Made by a program: the position numbers and the translations under genes | Origin: Desulfobulbus propionicus DSM 2032 | Lineage (GTDB): Bacteria; Desulfobacterota; Desulfobulbia; Desulfobulbales; Desulfobulbaceae | Direction: 5' to 3' | Assembly (NCBI RefSeq): GCF_000186885.1 | Contig: NC_014972.1 | Coordinates: forward strand, 2,730,001 to 2,762,000 | Length of the DNA stretch: 32,000 bases | The notes under the pieces: model-generated | Databases searched by the model: none | What the model saw: only the letters and a program-made list of their open reading frames with translations | What the model was told of the DNA's origin: nothing | Part shown: piece by piece, positions 8,935 through 17,342 of the stretch | Numbering within the stretch: position 1 is the first letter of the stretch | Layout of the letters: each line of letters starts with the position of its first letter

Positions 8935-9747
8935 TCAATCAACCTGTTCAATCGTGAAATGCGGCGGCGGATCAAGACGAAAGGTCGCCGCCTCCAGAAG
9001 GGTGTGCGAATAGACTCGTTCCACCTGGATGGTCAGGGTGCCGGTGATTGCCTCCCCGCTGATGCGCACGGTTCCGGGCCAGCGGTAGCCGCTTTGCGCC
9101 TCTCTGGTCGAGTCGGCGTAGCGCAGTTCCAGAAGTTCCTCTCCCTGTGGGTCCATCAACAGGTGACAGCGCATCTCGCCGCTTTGCCTCGCCAGCAGGA
9201 CATGATGGCGCATCGCCCGGTCGTCCTGCCAAGTGTACCAAAAATCCTCACCGGAGGCGTCTTGCGCGGGCGCGGCGTTTTTGCCCTGCCCCGCGTTGAC
9301 AAAGCCGCCAAGCAAGGCGAACAGATCCGCCGGGGCCACGGCTTCGGGCACGTACTCCTGCCAAAATTTTGAATCGGTTCGTCCCCGGTACGCGTGACCG
9401 ATCCGGCTGTCCACCATGGTGAAGGTGGTGCCGTCGGAAACGGCGAGCAACAACGACCGCCCCAAGGGATCGCTGGCGGCAAAGCGAAGCAGCGCCGGTT
9501 GCTGCACTTGCAGGCTCGCCGCAATGGCGCCCTTGCTGCCGAGCACATCCCAACTTAGCCGAATATCGGCATCAACGGCCGACGGTCGTTTGCTTTCAAG
9601 GAAGGCCGACCACAGGGTCGTGGCCTCCTGCTCCCGCTCAGGCGACAAGGGCAGGGTCTGGGGCAATTTGCCGGCACAGCCGGCAAGCAGGAGCAGGCAA
9701 CAGCACAGCCCCCAGCGGAGATAGTTGTCAACATGCACCGGCATCAA
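8935..9747 (-). CDS. Predicted outer-membrane lipoprotein, LolB/DUF4292-like
   Basis: Lipobox 'CCCLLLLAGC'; beta-rich body '...ALLRFAASDPLGRSLLLAVSDGTTFTMVDSRIGHAYRG'; start overlaps the upstream TPR gene by 4 nt. Confidence 0.65.
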   Translation of the reverse strand: MMPVHVDNYLRWGLCCCLLLLAGCAGKLPQTLPLSPEREQEATTLWSAFLESKRPSAVDADIRLSWDVLGSKGAIAASLQVQQPALLRFAASDPLGRSLLLAVSDGTTFTMVDSRIGHAYRGRTDSKFWQEYVPEAVAPADLFALLGGFVNAGQGKNAAPAQDASGEDFWYTWQDDRAMRHHVLLARQSGEMRCHLLMDPQGEELLELRYADSTREAQSGYRWPGTVRISGEAITGTLTIQVERVYSHTLLEAATFRLDPPPHFTIEQVD

Positions 9748-11489
9748 GGTGTTCCCTGTTTCCCCAGGATGCGGATCTTCTCCTGGATACGCTTCTTTTC
9801 CTGTTGGTCTGTCGAGTGTTTCACGGCCTTTTTATAGGTCTGCAACGCCTCCCGTACCCGGCCGCTTTCCAGGTAGACGTCACCGAGGTGCTCAAGAATG
9901 GCGGCATCGTTCGGAGAAAGTCGGACGGCAGCCTCCAGCTCTTTGATCGCCTGATCGAGCCGGCCGAGCCGGTAGTACACCCAGCCCAGACTGTCCCGGA
10001 TATATCCGTTGTCCGGTTTGAGCTCAATCGCCCGCTGGATATAGTCCAGGGCCTGATCCAGATTGACCTGCTTGTCGGCCCAGCTGTAGCCGACGAAATT
10101 CAGGGCCGCGGCGTTGTCCGGCTTGATTTCGATGATTTTCTGCATGATCGCCAGGGCACCGGCATGATCGCCCTCTTCTTCCAGCAGCAAACCGTATTCG
10201 TACAGCAGATTTTCGTCATTGGGAAACCCCTCGATGCCTTCGAGCAGCACCTGTTTGCTCAGATCATCGCGGCCCAGATCCTGATAGAGGGCCGCGAGCA
10301 GGATGTACATCTCGGCATTGCGGGTGTCGGCGGCAGCGATATGCTCTTCGAGCAGCTGCTTGGCTTCCGCCAGCTTGTTTTGTTCACGCAGTATGCGCAC
10401 CTGGAGAAACAGGGCATCGAGGTATTCAGGCGCCTCGCGGTCGATCTGCCGGACCTGCCGCAATGCCCGGCCATATTTTTCCTGTTGGACAAACAGCACG
10501 GCCAGAAAATATCTGGCCTCGGACAGATTCTCCTTGTGCAAGATCTTCTCGACGATCGCCACCGCCTTGTCATATTTTTTCTGCTTGGCATACAGACGGG
10601 CGATGGTCAGATCGACCCGCTGGGGCTGCTCGGCATAGGATTTCAGCCGGTTGAGTTCCTCCAGGGCCTGATCGTCCTTTTTTTGCAACAGATACACATG
10701 AATCAGGGCAACGCGGGCCCCTTCGTTCTGTTCGTCCCGCTCGATAATGTCCCGATACAGGCGCACAGCCTCGTCATGCTGGCCCGCTTTGACATACAGC
10801 TCGCCCAGCTCCATCTGCAATTCGCTTGACCAGTTCCGCTCCAGGGCCTTTGTGTAATGCTCGATCGCTTCTTCGGGGAGTGCCTGTAGTTGGCAGAGGC
10901 GTGCCATGAGCACATGGGCAAGATAGGCGGCCGGATCTTGGGCAAGAATCCGCTCCAAAAGCGGCCGCGCCCGTTCCGGCTGATTGGCGTTCAGGTACAT
11001 TTCCGCCAGCAACAGCAGAATGGCCGGGTCGTCGGGATGCCGATCACTGATCAGCTGGTACTGGCGCATGGCCTCGGCGTTCTTTTTCTGACGGAGGAGA
11101 ACCTTGGCGTACAGCATGCGCATCCCGGTCTTGTCGGGATGTTTTTCCAAGTAGTTGTGCAGCCAGGTCGCCGCCTCGTCGGTCCGATCCAGGCGCAGGA
11201 GGAGAATCGGCACCTTTTCGCTGATGTAATCGGCCTGCTCGTCACAAATTAGCGCCTTTTGGTAAAATTCCAACGCCTCCTCGAAACGGAGCATTAACTC
11301 GGCGTGCCGTCCCCAGAGAAAATGAAAGGTGGAACACGCTCGATCAGAGCCGTTCTCGCTCAGGGTCGAGACCTGTTCCACCTTGCCCTCGACGGCCACC
11401 TCGGTCTTTGCCTGACAACCGCCGAGGAGCAGAGAGGCGATAACAACGGCCAATAGTCGACAGGGATGGGCAGGGGTCAGCGGGGGCAT
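9744..11489 (-). CDS. TPR-repeat lipoprotein
   Basis: Many tetratricopeptide repeats (e.g. 'PDNGYIRDSLGWVYYRLGRLDQAIKELEAAVRLSPNDAAILEHLGDVYLESGR'); lipobox 'VVIASLLLGGC'. Start taken at MPPLTP (11489). Confidence 0.88.
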   Translation of the reverse strand: MPPLTPAHPCRLLAVVIASLLLGGCQAKTEVAVEGKVEQVSTLSENGSDRACSTFHFLWGRHAELMLRFEEALEFYQKALICDEQADYISEKVPILLLRLDRTDEAATWLHNYLEKHPDKTGMRMLYAKVLLRQKKNAEAMRQYQLISDRHPDDPAILLLLAEMYLNANQPERARPLLERILAQDPAAYLAHVLMARLCQLQALPEEAIEHYTKALERNWSSELQMELGELYVKAGQHDEAVRLYRDIIERDEQNEGARVALIHVYLLQKKDDQALEELNRLKSYAEQPQRVDLTIARLYAKQKKYDKAVAIVEKILHKENLSEARYFLAVLFVQQEKYGRALRQVRQIDREAPEYLDALFLQVRILREQNKLAEAKQLLEEHIAAADTRNAEMYILLAALYQDLGRDDLSKQVLLEGIEGFPNDENLLYEYGLLLEEEGDHAGALAIMQKIIEIKPDNAAALNFVGYSWADKQVNLDQALDYIQRAIELKPDNGYIRDSLGWVYYRLGRLDQAIKELEAAVRLSPNDAAILEHLGDVYLESGRVREALQTYKKAVKHSTDQQEKKRIQEKIRILGKQGTP

Positions 11490-12097
11490 TGCGTACCTTT
11501 TTGTGCAAGCAGTTGCGCAACCGCCTCGCGGATGGAGGCATGCACCTCGGCAACCGTTCGGGCGGCATGGATGCGTACTATACAATCATGGGTAAAGGAT
11601 GCAAAGAGCGCCGCCACTTTTTCCAACTGTTCCTGCTGCTCGAAATCGTTGAGCATCTCGCCTCGCAGTTCCCTGATCCGGGTAACGCTCTCTGAGGGGG
11701 TTTGCGTCAGCAGCAGCACCAGATCCGGTTCCGGAGCAAAGCCGTGGCGGGCAAAAATGGCCGCCGGATCGCACCCGGCCGCGCCCTGATAGGCCGCGGT
11801 GGAAAAATAATAGCGATCGGTGAGCACGATCGCTCCGCGGGCCAGGGCTGGTTTGATGCACTGCTCCACATGCTGGCGCCGATCGAGCAGGAACAGCTCC
11901 AGCTCCTGTTCGGGCGAAGCCTGATGCCGATTGCGATACAGGAGGCGAATTTGTTGTCCATACGGCCCATCGGTGGGCTCCCGGGTCTCAACCACCGTGT
12001 AACCTTGTCCTCGCAGGTAGGCGGCCAACAGGGGCAGCTGGGTTGATTTGCCGGTCCCGTCGATGCCCTCAAAGGCGATCAGGATGCCGCCGCTCAT
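11477..12097 (-). CDS. tmk: Thymidylate kinase
   Basis: 'GILIAFEGIDGTGKSTQLPLLAAYLRGQGYTVVETREPTDGPYGQQIR' P-loop; 'VLTDRYYFSTAAYQG'. Confidence 0.96.
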   Translation of the reverse strand: MSGGILIAFEGIDGTGKSTQLPLLAAYLRGQGYTVVETREPTDGPYGQQIRLLYRNRHQASPEQELELFLLDRRQHVEQCIKPALARGAIVLTDRYYFSTAAYQGAAGCDPAAIFARHGFAPEPDLVLLLTQTPSESVTRIRELRGEMLNDFEQQEQLEKVAALFASFTHDCIVRIHAARTVAEVHASIREAVAQLLAQKGTQCPR

Positions 12098-13113
12098 GCT
12101 GCCCTGCCTCGCCGGTTGGCGACAATGGTCTGGGCCAGGGCCAGGGCGGCCGCCAGGCTGGTTGGATCGGCCATGTTGCGGCCGGCGATGTCGTAGGCCG
12201 TTCCGTGATCAACCGAGGTCCGGACAATCGGCAGGCCAAGGGTGACGTTGACCCCGTCGGCAAAGTGAAGCAGCTTGAAGGGAATCAGTCCCTGGTCGTG
12301 GTACATGGCGATCACCGCATCGAACCGACCGCTGGCCGCCTTGTGGAAGATCGTATCCGGCGGCCAGGGGCCACTGACCTCGCCGCTGTCCTGGCATTGC
12401 GCCACTGCCGGGGCAATCAGCCGCGCTTCCTCATCGCCAAACAGCCCTTGTTCGCTGCCATGGGGATTGAAGCCGGCGACCGCGATTCTGGGGTTGGCGA
12501 TGGCAAAATCACGTCGTAAGCATTCCCGGGTCATTCGGATACAGTCGGCGATCTCCTTGTAGGTGAGCAGGCCGGGCACCTCACGCAGGGCCACATGGAT
12601 GGTCACCAGCACAACCTTCAACCGGGGGCCGGCCATCATCATCCGCACCTTGGCGGTACTGGTCAGGGCCGCCAGCATCTCGGTATGGCCGGGGTAGGGA
12701 TAACCGGCTTGCTGCAAACTCTGCTTGCTGATCGGGCAGGTGACGAGGGCGCTGCAATGACCGTCGGCAATCAGGCGGACCGCTTCTTCGATGTATCGCC
12801 CCATGGCCTGGCCGGTAGCCGCATCCGGCCTACCCCACTCGATCGGCGTGGAGAGCGGCGCCCCCACTTGAAGGACCGGCAAGGTTTGCGGGTCGATCGC
12901 TTCGCCGGGCCGCCAGCGCACAATGGTCAACGGCATGCCCAGCTGTTCGGCAGCCTGACGGAGCACGCCCAGATCTCCGACCACCACGCCGCGTCCGGCG
13001 GCCGGCCGATCGGCGAGGTGAAAGAGACGACAGAGAATCTCCGGTCCGATACCCGCCGGGCATCCCATGGTGATGGCCACGGGGGATGAAATACTCGTGG
13101 TTGCTGAAGGCAT
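12094..13113 (-). CDS. pdxA: 4-hydroxythreonine-4-phosphate dehydrogenase
   Basis: 'TMGCPAGIGPEILCR', 'CPISKQSLQQAGYPYPGHTEMLA', 'MYHDQGLIPFKLLHFADGVNVTLGLPIVRTSVDHGTAYDIAG'. Confidence 0.96.
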   Translation of the reverse strand: MPSATTSISSPVAITMGCPAGIGPEILCRLFHLADRPAAGRGVVVGDLGVLRQAAEQLGMPLTIVRWRPGEAIDPQTLPVLQVGAPLSTPIEWGRPDAATGQAMGRYIEEAVRLIADGHCSALVTCPISKQSLQQAGYPYPGHTEMLAALTSTAKVRMMMAGPRLKVVLVTIHVALREVPGLLTYKEIADCIRMTRECLRRDFAIANPRIAVAGFNPHGSEQGLFGDEEARLIAPAVAQCQDSGEVSGPWPPDTIFHKAASGRFDAVIAMYHDQGLIPFKLLHFADGVNVTLGLPIVRTSVDHGTAYDIAGRNMADPTSLAAALALAQTIVANRRGRAA

Positions 13114-13122
13114 GGCGTGTCC

Positions 13123-13530
13123 TCAGAGGGCAAAATCAAAAGCGTTTTGTATGTGCTCGATGGTAGCGGGCCGGGAATCCCGGTGAATCCGCACAGCGAT
13201 GACATCGAAGCGGGCCGTGCTGTCCCCCAGGTGGTGCCTGTGCAGATACTCCTGGGCGACACGCGAAAGCTGCCGCTGCTTGCGTCCGTCCACCGCCTCC
13301 AAAGGGGAGCCGAACGCCGTGGAATGGCGGCTCTTCACCTCGACGAACACCACTGTTTCCCCATCCTGAGCAATGATGTCGATTTCTCCGAACGGCCTGC
13401 GATAATTGCGGGCGACGATCCGATAGCCAAGCCGGAGCAGATACTCCTGGGCCAACTCCTCCCCTTGCCGACCGACGACGACTGTCGCTTGTTTGTTCTT
13501 CAAAAACATTCCCGGCACCAACAATTGCAA
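13123..13530 (-). CDS. YraN/UPF0102 family endonuclease-like protein
   Basis: 'GRQGEELAQEYLLRLGYRIVARNYRRPFGEIDIIAQDGETVVFVEVKSRHSTAFGSPLEAVDGRKQRQL'. Confidence 0.93.
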   Translation of the reverse strand: MQLLVPGMFLKNKQATVVVGRQGEELAQEYLLRLGYRIVARNYRRPFGEIDIIAQDGETVVFVEVKSRHSTAFGSPLEAVDGRKQRQLSRVAQEYLHRHHLGDSTARFDVIAVRIHRDSRPATIEHIQNAFDFAL

Positions 13531-13545
13531 GCGAAGGCGAGCCTG

Positions 13546-14220
13546 TCACCCATGGTGCAGAAACTCGGTAACCCCGCGAAAGGTCCGACGGTGCAACGGA
13601 CATGGGCCATGGTTCCTGATTGCTTCCCGATGCGCCTTGGTCGGATAGCCCTGGTGGCGATCAAACCCATACTGGGGAAACAGGGCATGGGCGTCGGCCA
13701 TCATCCTGTCCCTGGTCACCTTGGCGACAATCGAGGCCGCGGCGATGGAAGCGCTCTTTGATTCGCCCTTAACCAAGGTCCGCTGCCCCACGGGCACCGG
13801 CACCTCGAACCTCCCGTCAACTAGCAGAAAATCGGGCACGCCGCCGGGAGGCACCTGGCCGCACGCCTCCATGGCCCTTTTCATCGCCAACAACGACGCC
13901 TGAAGAATGTTGACCTGTTCGATTTCCCGGGGGCTGGCCTCGCCGACACCAATCCGGGCACCATTGGTGGAAAGCAGCTCAAACAGTCGCTCTCGCTGCC
14001 GACGCGTCAGGGTCTTGGAATCAACATAGGGCGTGAAGTCGCCATCCGCTGGCAGGATGACACAGGCTGCGACCACCGGACCGGCCAACGGTCCCCTCCC
14101 AGCCTCGTCAACACCAGCTACCCTAGCAAATCCCTGGCGCTGCAGTTGTCGTTCGAAATAGAAGGTATCGGTGTGGGGGGAAAACGGAAGCAGATCGGCA
14201 AAAAGGGTGCGAGGATTCAT
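13546..14220 (-). CDS. rnhB: Ribonuclease HII
   Basis: 'RVAGVDEAGRGPLAGPVVAACVILP', 'KGESKSASIAAASIVAKVTRDRMM', 'YGFDRHQGYPTKAHREAI'. Start assigned at MNPRTLF (14220); the ORF-track extension crosses a hairpin. Confidence 0.94.
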   Translation of the reverse strand: MNPRTLFADLLPFSPHTDTFYFERQLQRQGFARVAGVDEAGRGPLAGPVVAACVILPADGDFTPYVDSKTLTRRQRERLFELLSTNGARIGVGEASPREIEQVNILQASLLAMKRAMEACGQVPPGGVPDFLLVDGRFEVPVPVGQRTLVKGESKSASIAAASIVAKVTRDRMMADAHALFPQYGFDRHQGYPTKAHREAIRNHGPCPLHRRTFRGVTEFLHHG

Positions 14221-14281
14221 ATCGCCATGGGCACGAGGATGGCGTTGAGGGGGCGGGAAGAAGTTCCCAAATGGAAGAAAG

Positions 14282-14319
14282 AGACATATCCGGGCGTCAC
14301 GCAGAGCCCGGATATGTCT
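14282..14319 (-). terminator. Strong hairpin between rplS and rnhB; possible terminator, attenuator or processing site
   Basis: AGACATATCCGGGC (14282-14295), 10-nt loop, GCCCGGATATGTCT (14306-14319); perfect 14-bp arms. On the minus strand it is followed by CTCTTTCTTCC, a pyrimidine-rich but imperfect U-tract. Confidence 0.6.
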
Positions 14320-14384
14320 GTGTCGACGGCACTGGCACGAGGATCTGGGGAAACCCTCGCGCCTGCGCAACGTTTTTCTTTTTC

Positions 14385-14738
14385 TTACAGAATGCCCCGC
14401 TCGCGAATTCGTGCGGCTTTGCCACGACGCTCGCGCAGATAGTAGAGACGCGACCGGCGTACCCGACCAAGGGTCACCATCTCAATCTTTTCGATCCGCG
14501 GAGAATGGAGCGCAAAGGTTTTCTCCACGCCAACGCCGTGGGAAATTTTACGGACAGTGAAAGTTGCGTTCATGGTGCCGCGTTTCCGCTTGATCACTAC
14601 TCCTTGAAACACCTGCACACGCTCCTTGTTGCCCTCAATGATCCGGATGTGCACCTTGATGGTATCGCCGGGTCGAAATTGGGGGATATCAAAACGCATC
14701 TGCTCCAGGTCAATCTTATCCAAGATATTCATCGCCAT
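14385..14738 (-). CDS. rplS: 50S ribosomal protein L19
   Basis: '[68 protein letters not shown]...[18 protein letters not shown]'. Confidence 0.98.
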   Translation of the reverse strand: MAMNILDKIDLEQMRFDIPQFRPGDTIKVHIRIIEGNKERVQVFQGVVIKRKRGTMNATFTVRKISHGVGVEKTFALHSPRIEKIEMVTLGRVRRSRLYYLRERRGKAARIRERGIL

Positions 14739-14821
14739 ATTCGTTGCTTTACGGCAGGGGGGAGTCCCATTTTCGTCACCCAGCCGATGGATGCCTCCAA
14801 ATCATCCAGAAATAAAACCAT

Positions 14822-15451
14822 CTAATCACTTAAATATTGACTGCAGTTGTCAGCTCTCTCCGACTCCTGCCTTCTTGTCGAACTCTGCCCACACCCCTCG
14901 GGCATGCCAAGCAATCTGTCCATGATAATGGAAGCGGCTGAACGCACGGACAGATGATTGAATTCGGTATTGCCGCACAACGGCGGCAAGATGCCATCCG
15001 CCATGGCCAACACTTCGGGGCTCAGGCCCCAAGCGGTGCCGAACAGCAGTAGGACAGGCCGATCTTCCCGCCATATTTGCCTGCGGATCTCGGCATAGCC
15101 CACGGTATGCACTTGTTTGGCGCAGGTGGCGAGCACCAGGGGCGTAGCGCCGAATTGTCTGGTCGCCCCGTTGATCGCCTCTTCAATCGTCGCGCAGACC
15201 GTGATAAGCGAAAGGGCTTCGCTTCGGTCGGGATTGACGCTGCCGCCGTACCCCTGAGTCCAATGTCCAACGATCTGGCGAGCCAACAGCTGTTGCTCCT
15301 CAAAAGGGGTAACCACCCAATAGGTGCCAATGCCGTAGGTGCGGCCAGCCCGGGCGATATCATGCAGATCGAGGTTGGTGACCGCCGAGCCAATCGTTTC
15401 ACCGCTGCGGTTGATCACGGGGAAATGCACCAAGGCAAGATCAACCTTCAT
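14822..15451 (-). CDS. SPOUT-like RNA methyltransferase (the SAM-dependent RNA methyltransferase family found next to trmD in deltaproteobacteria)
   Basis: 'LALVHFPVINRSGETIGSAVTNLDLHDIARAGRTYGIGTYWVVTP', 'RPVLLLFGTAWGLSPEVLAMADGILPPLCGNTEFNHLSVRSAASIIMDRLLG'; overlaps trmD by 4 nt. Confidence 0.82.
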   Translation of the reverse strand: MKVDLALVHFPVINRSGETIGSAVTNLDLHDIARAGRTYGIGTYWVVTPFEEQQLLARQIVGHWTQGYGGSVNPDRSEALSLITVCATIEEAINGATRQFGATPLVLATCAKQVHTVGYAEIRRQIWREDRPVLLLFGTAWGLSPEVLAMADGILPPLCGNTEFNHLSVRSAASIIMDRLLGMPEGCGQSSTRRQESERADNCSQYLSD

Positions 15452-16224
15452 TGCGGGCTTTGGCTCCTCTGCTGCCTGACAAGAGACTGTATTCGTTCAA
15501 GCAGTCCTGTCTGCCGCAAAATTTTTTGCTCGCCCGGTGAGAACTCGACAGTTGCCAGCAGATCCGGTCGGCGATCCAAGGTAAGCTGAACCGATTCCAC
15601 AAACCTGTGGCGAGCAATGGCTGCATGGTCACCGGACAGGAGAACCTCAGGAACCGGCAACTCTTCAAAAATTCGTGGTCTCGTGTACTGTTTGTGCTTT
15701 AGCAGGCCACAGCTAAAGCTCTCGTTGGTAACGGAATCACCGCAGCCGAGCACCCCTGGCAACAGGCGACAAACCGCATCCAGAACCACCAGGGCCGCTA
15801 ACTCGCCGCCAGTCAACACATAGTCGCCGATCGACAGTTCCTCGTCGACATACCTGTCACAAAAGCGCTCGTCGACCCCTTCATAGCGACCGCAAACAAA
15901 TAATAACTGATCGTACTCAGCCAGGCGCTCGGCCGCCGCTTGCCGGAACTGTTTTCCTTTCGGCGACAGCAAAATCACCCGAGACTCACCTTCATGGCGT
16001 CGGGCCGCCTGAACACAGGCGGCTAGGGGTTCTGGTTTCATCACCATCCCTTCGCCGCCGCCAAAGGGCCGATCATCGGTCATCCGATGACGGTCTACGG
16101 CAAAATCGCGCAGGTTATGCACCCTGACCCTAATTTTCCCGTCCGCCTGGGCGCGGCGGACAATGCCTTCCTGCAAGGGCGAGACAAAAAAATCGGGAAA
16201 GATGGTCAGGATGTCAAAATCCAT
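15448..16224 (-). CDS. trmD: tRNA (guanine-N1-)-methyltransferase
   Basis: 'MDFDILTIFPDFFVSPLQEGIVRRA', 'DDRPFGGGEGMVMKPEPL', 'FVCGRYEGVDERFCDRYVDEELSIGDYVLTGGELAALVVLDAVCRLLPGVLG'. Start assigned at MDFD (16224). Confidence 0.96.
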   Translation of the reverse strand: MDFDILTIFPDFFVSPLQEGIVRRAQADGKIRVRVHNLRDFAVDRHRMTDDRPFGGGEGMVMKPEPLAACVQAARRHEGESRVILLSPKGKQFRQAAAERLAEYDQLLFVCGRYEGVDERFCDRYVDEELSIGDYVLTGGELAALVVLDAVCRLLPGVLGCGDSVTNESFSCGLLKHKQYTRPRIFEELPVPEVLLSGDHAAIARHRFVESVQLTLDRRPDLLATVEFSPGEQKILRQTGLLERIQSLVRQQRSQSPQ

Positions 16225-16237
16225 CAATCCTTGATCC

Positions 16238-16780
16238 TCACGCCCTGTTGATGTCAAGTAGCCCGAGCGGCAGATCAAGGATGACCATGTTCTCGGTAAT
16301 GGAAACGATAAATGCCCCGACAACCGGAACAAGGTACTCTTCCCCGCCTTGGCGGATGACCAGGATATTCTGGCCGCCACCGGCTAGAAAGGTCTCCACC
16401 GTTCCCAATTCCTGGCCGTCCGTGGTTCTTGCCTGCTTGCCTTGAAGGCTATGCAGATAGAACTCGCCTGCCGCGGTCGGTGGCAGATCCTTGCTCGGCA
16501 CCCATATCAACATGCCGACAAGTTCCTCGGCCCGGTCGCGGTCCGTACATTCCTTCAATCGCAGGATGACCGAACTGCCGTTGACCCGTGCGAGGACGTT
16601 GGTAAATTCTAGCTTGGCCGACGACACATCGGATGCCAAAAAGAGCCGCCGATACCTGTTGAGATTTTCAGGTTTTTCGGTGAAGGAACGAATTTTCAAT
16701 TCGCCCCGGATGCCATGGGGTCGCGTTATCAACCCGAGCGCGACAAAGTCGTCACCCGTTCCCGATCCAGTTGACGCCAC
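16238..16780 (-). CDS. rimM: Ribosome maturation factor RimM (GTG start)
   Basis: 'VALGLITRPHGIRGELKIRSFTE', 'YLHSLQGKQARTTDGQELGTVETFLAGGGQNILVIR', 'YLVPVVGAFIVSI'. GTG start overlaps the khpA TAG stop by 1 nt. Confidence 0.94.
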   Translation of the reverse strand: MASTGSGTGDDFVALGLITRPHGIRGELKIRSFTEKPENLNRYRRLFLASDVSSAKLEFTNVLARVNGSSVILRLKECTDRDRAEELVGMLIWVPSKDLPPTAAGEFYLHSLQGKQARTTDGQELGTVETFLAGGGQNILVIRQGGEEYLVPVVGAFIVSITENMVILDLPLGLLDINRA

Positions 16781-17010
16781 TATTCAACGATTTCAAGCCT
16801 GGTCCGCTTGCCGCCTTCGGTCACCGAAGCAGCAAGCACTGCGCGCATCGCCCTGGCGGTCCGCCCCTGTTTACCGATTACCTTGCCCAAATCTTCCTGG
16901 GCAACGCGCAGTTCAATGATGAGATTCTCCTCATCTTCCTGCTGGGTCACGGTGATCAAGTCAGGACGATCAACCAGTTTGGCGGCAATAAACTCAATCA
17001 GCTCTTTCAT
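16780..17010 (-). CDS. khpA: KH-domain RNA-binding protein
   Basis: 76 aa; 'MKELIEFIAAKLVDRPD', 'LIIELRVAQEDLGKVIGKQGRTARAMRAVL'; located between rpsP and rimM. Confidence 0.94.
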   Translation of the reverse strand: MKELIEFIAAKLVDRPDLITVTQQEDEENLIIELRVAQEDLGKVIGKQGRTARAMRAVLAASVTEGGKRTRLEIVE

Positions 17011-17268
17011 TTATGCCGCAACAACCACTCCCGGGACATGCTTCTTGATCAGGCTCTCGACGGTTTCGGTCGGTTTAGCTCCCTTTTTCATCCAGCTGTC
17101 AAGTTTCTCGTTGTCGATCGTCACGGCGGCTGGATTCTGCATCGGGTCGTAGGTGCCGACGATATCGAGAAATTTGCCATCGCGCGGCGCTTCGCTGTCA
17201 GCCACGACGATGCGGTAGAAGGGTTGTTTTTTCCGCCCTTTCCTGGTCAAACGAATACGAACTGCCAT
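17011..17268 (-). CDS. rpsP: 30S ribosomal protein S16
   Basis: '[43 protein letters not shown]'. Confidence 0.98.
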   Translation of the reverse strand: MAVRIRLTRKGRKKQPFYRIVVADSEAPRDGKFLDIVGTYDPMQNPAAVTIDNEKLDSWMKKGAKPTETVESLIKKHVPGVVVAA

Positions 17269-17342
17269 TGTTGTCTATCCTCCGGTGGATAATGCTCCAG
17301 CAGAATCCCCTGCCGAGCGTGCTTGGTTAAAAGTATGAAAAT

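Noticed and set aside
9804-10829. 341-aa plus-strand ORF antisense to the TPR protein
   Set aside because: Shadow of a clear TPR reading frame.
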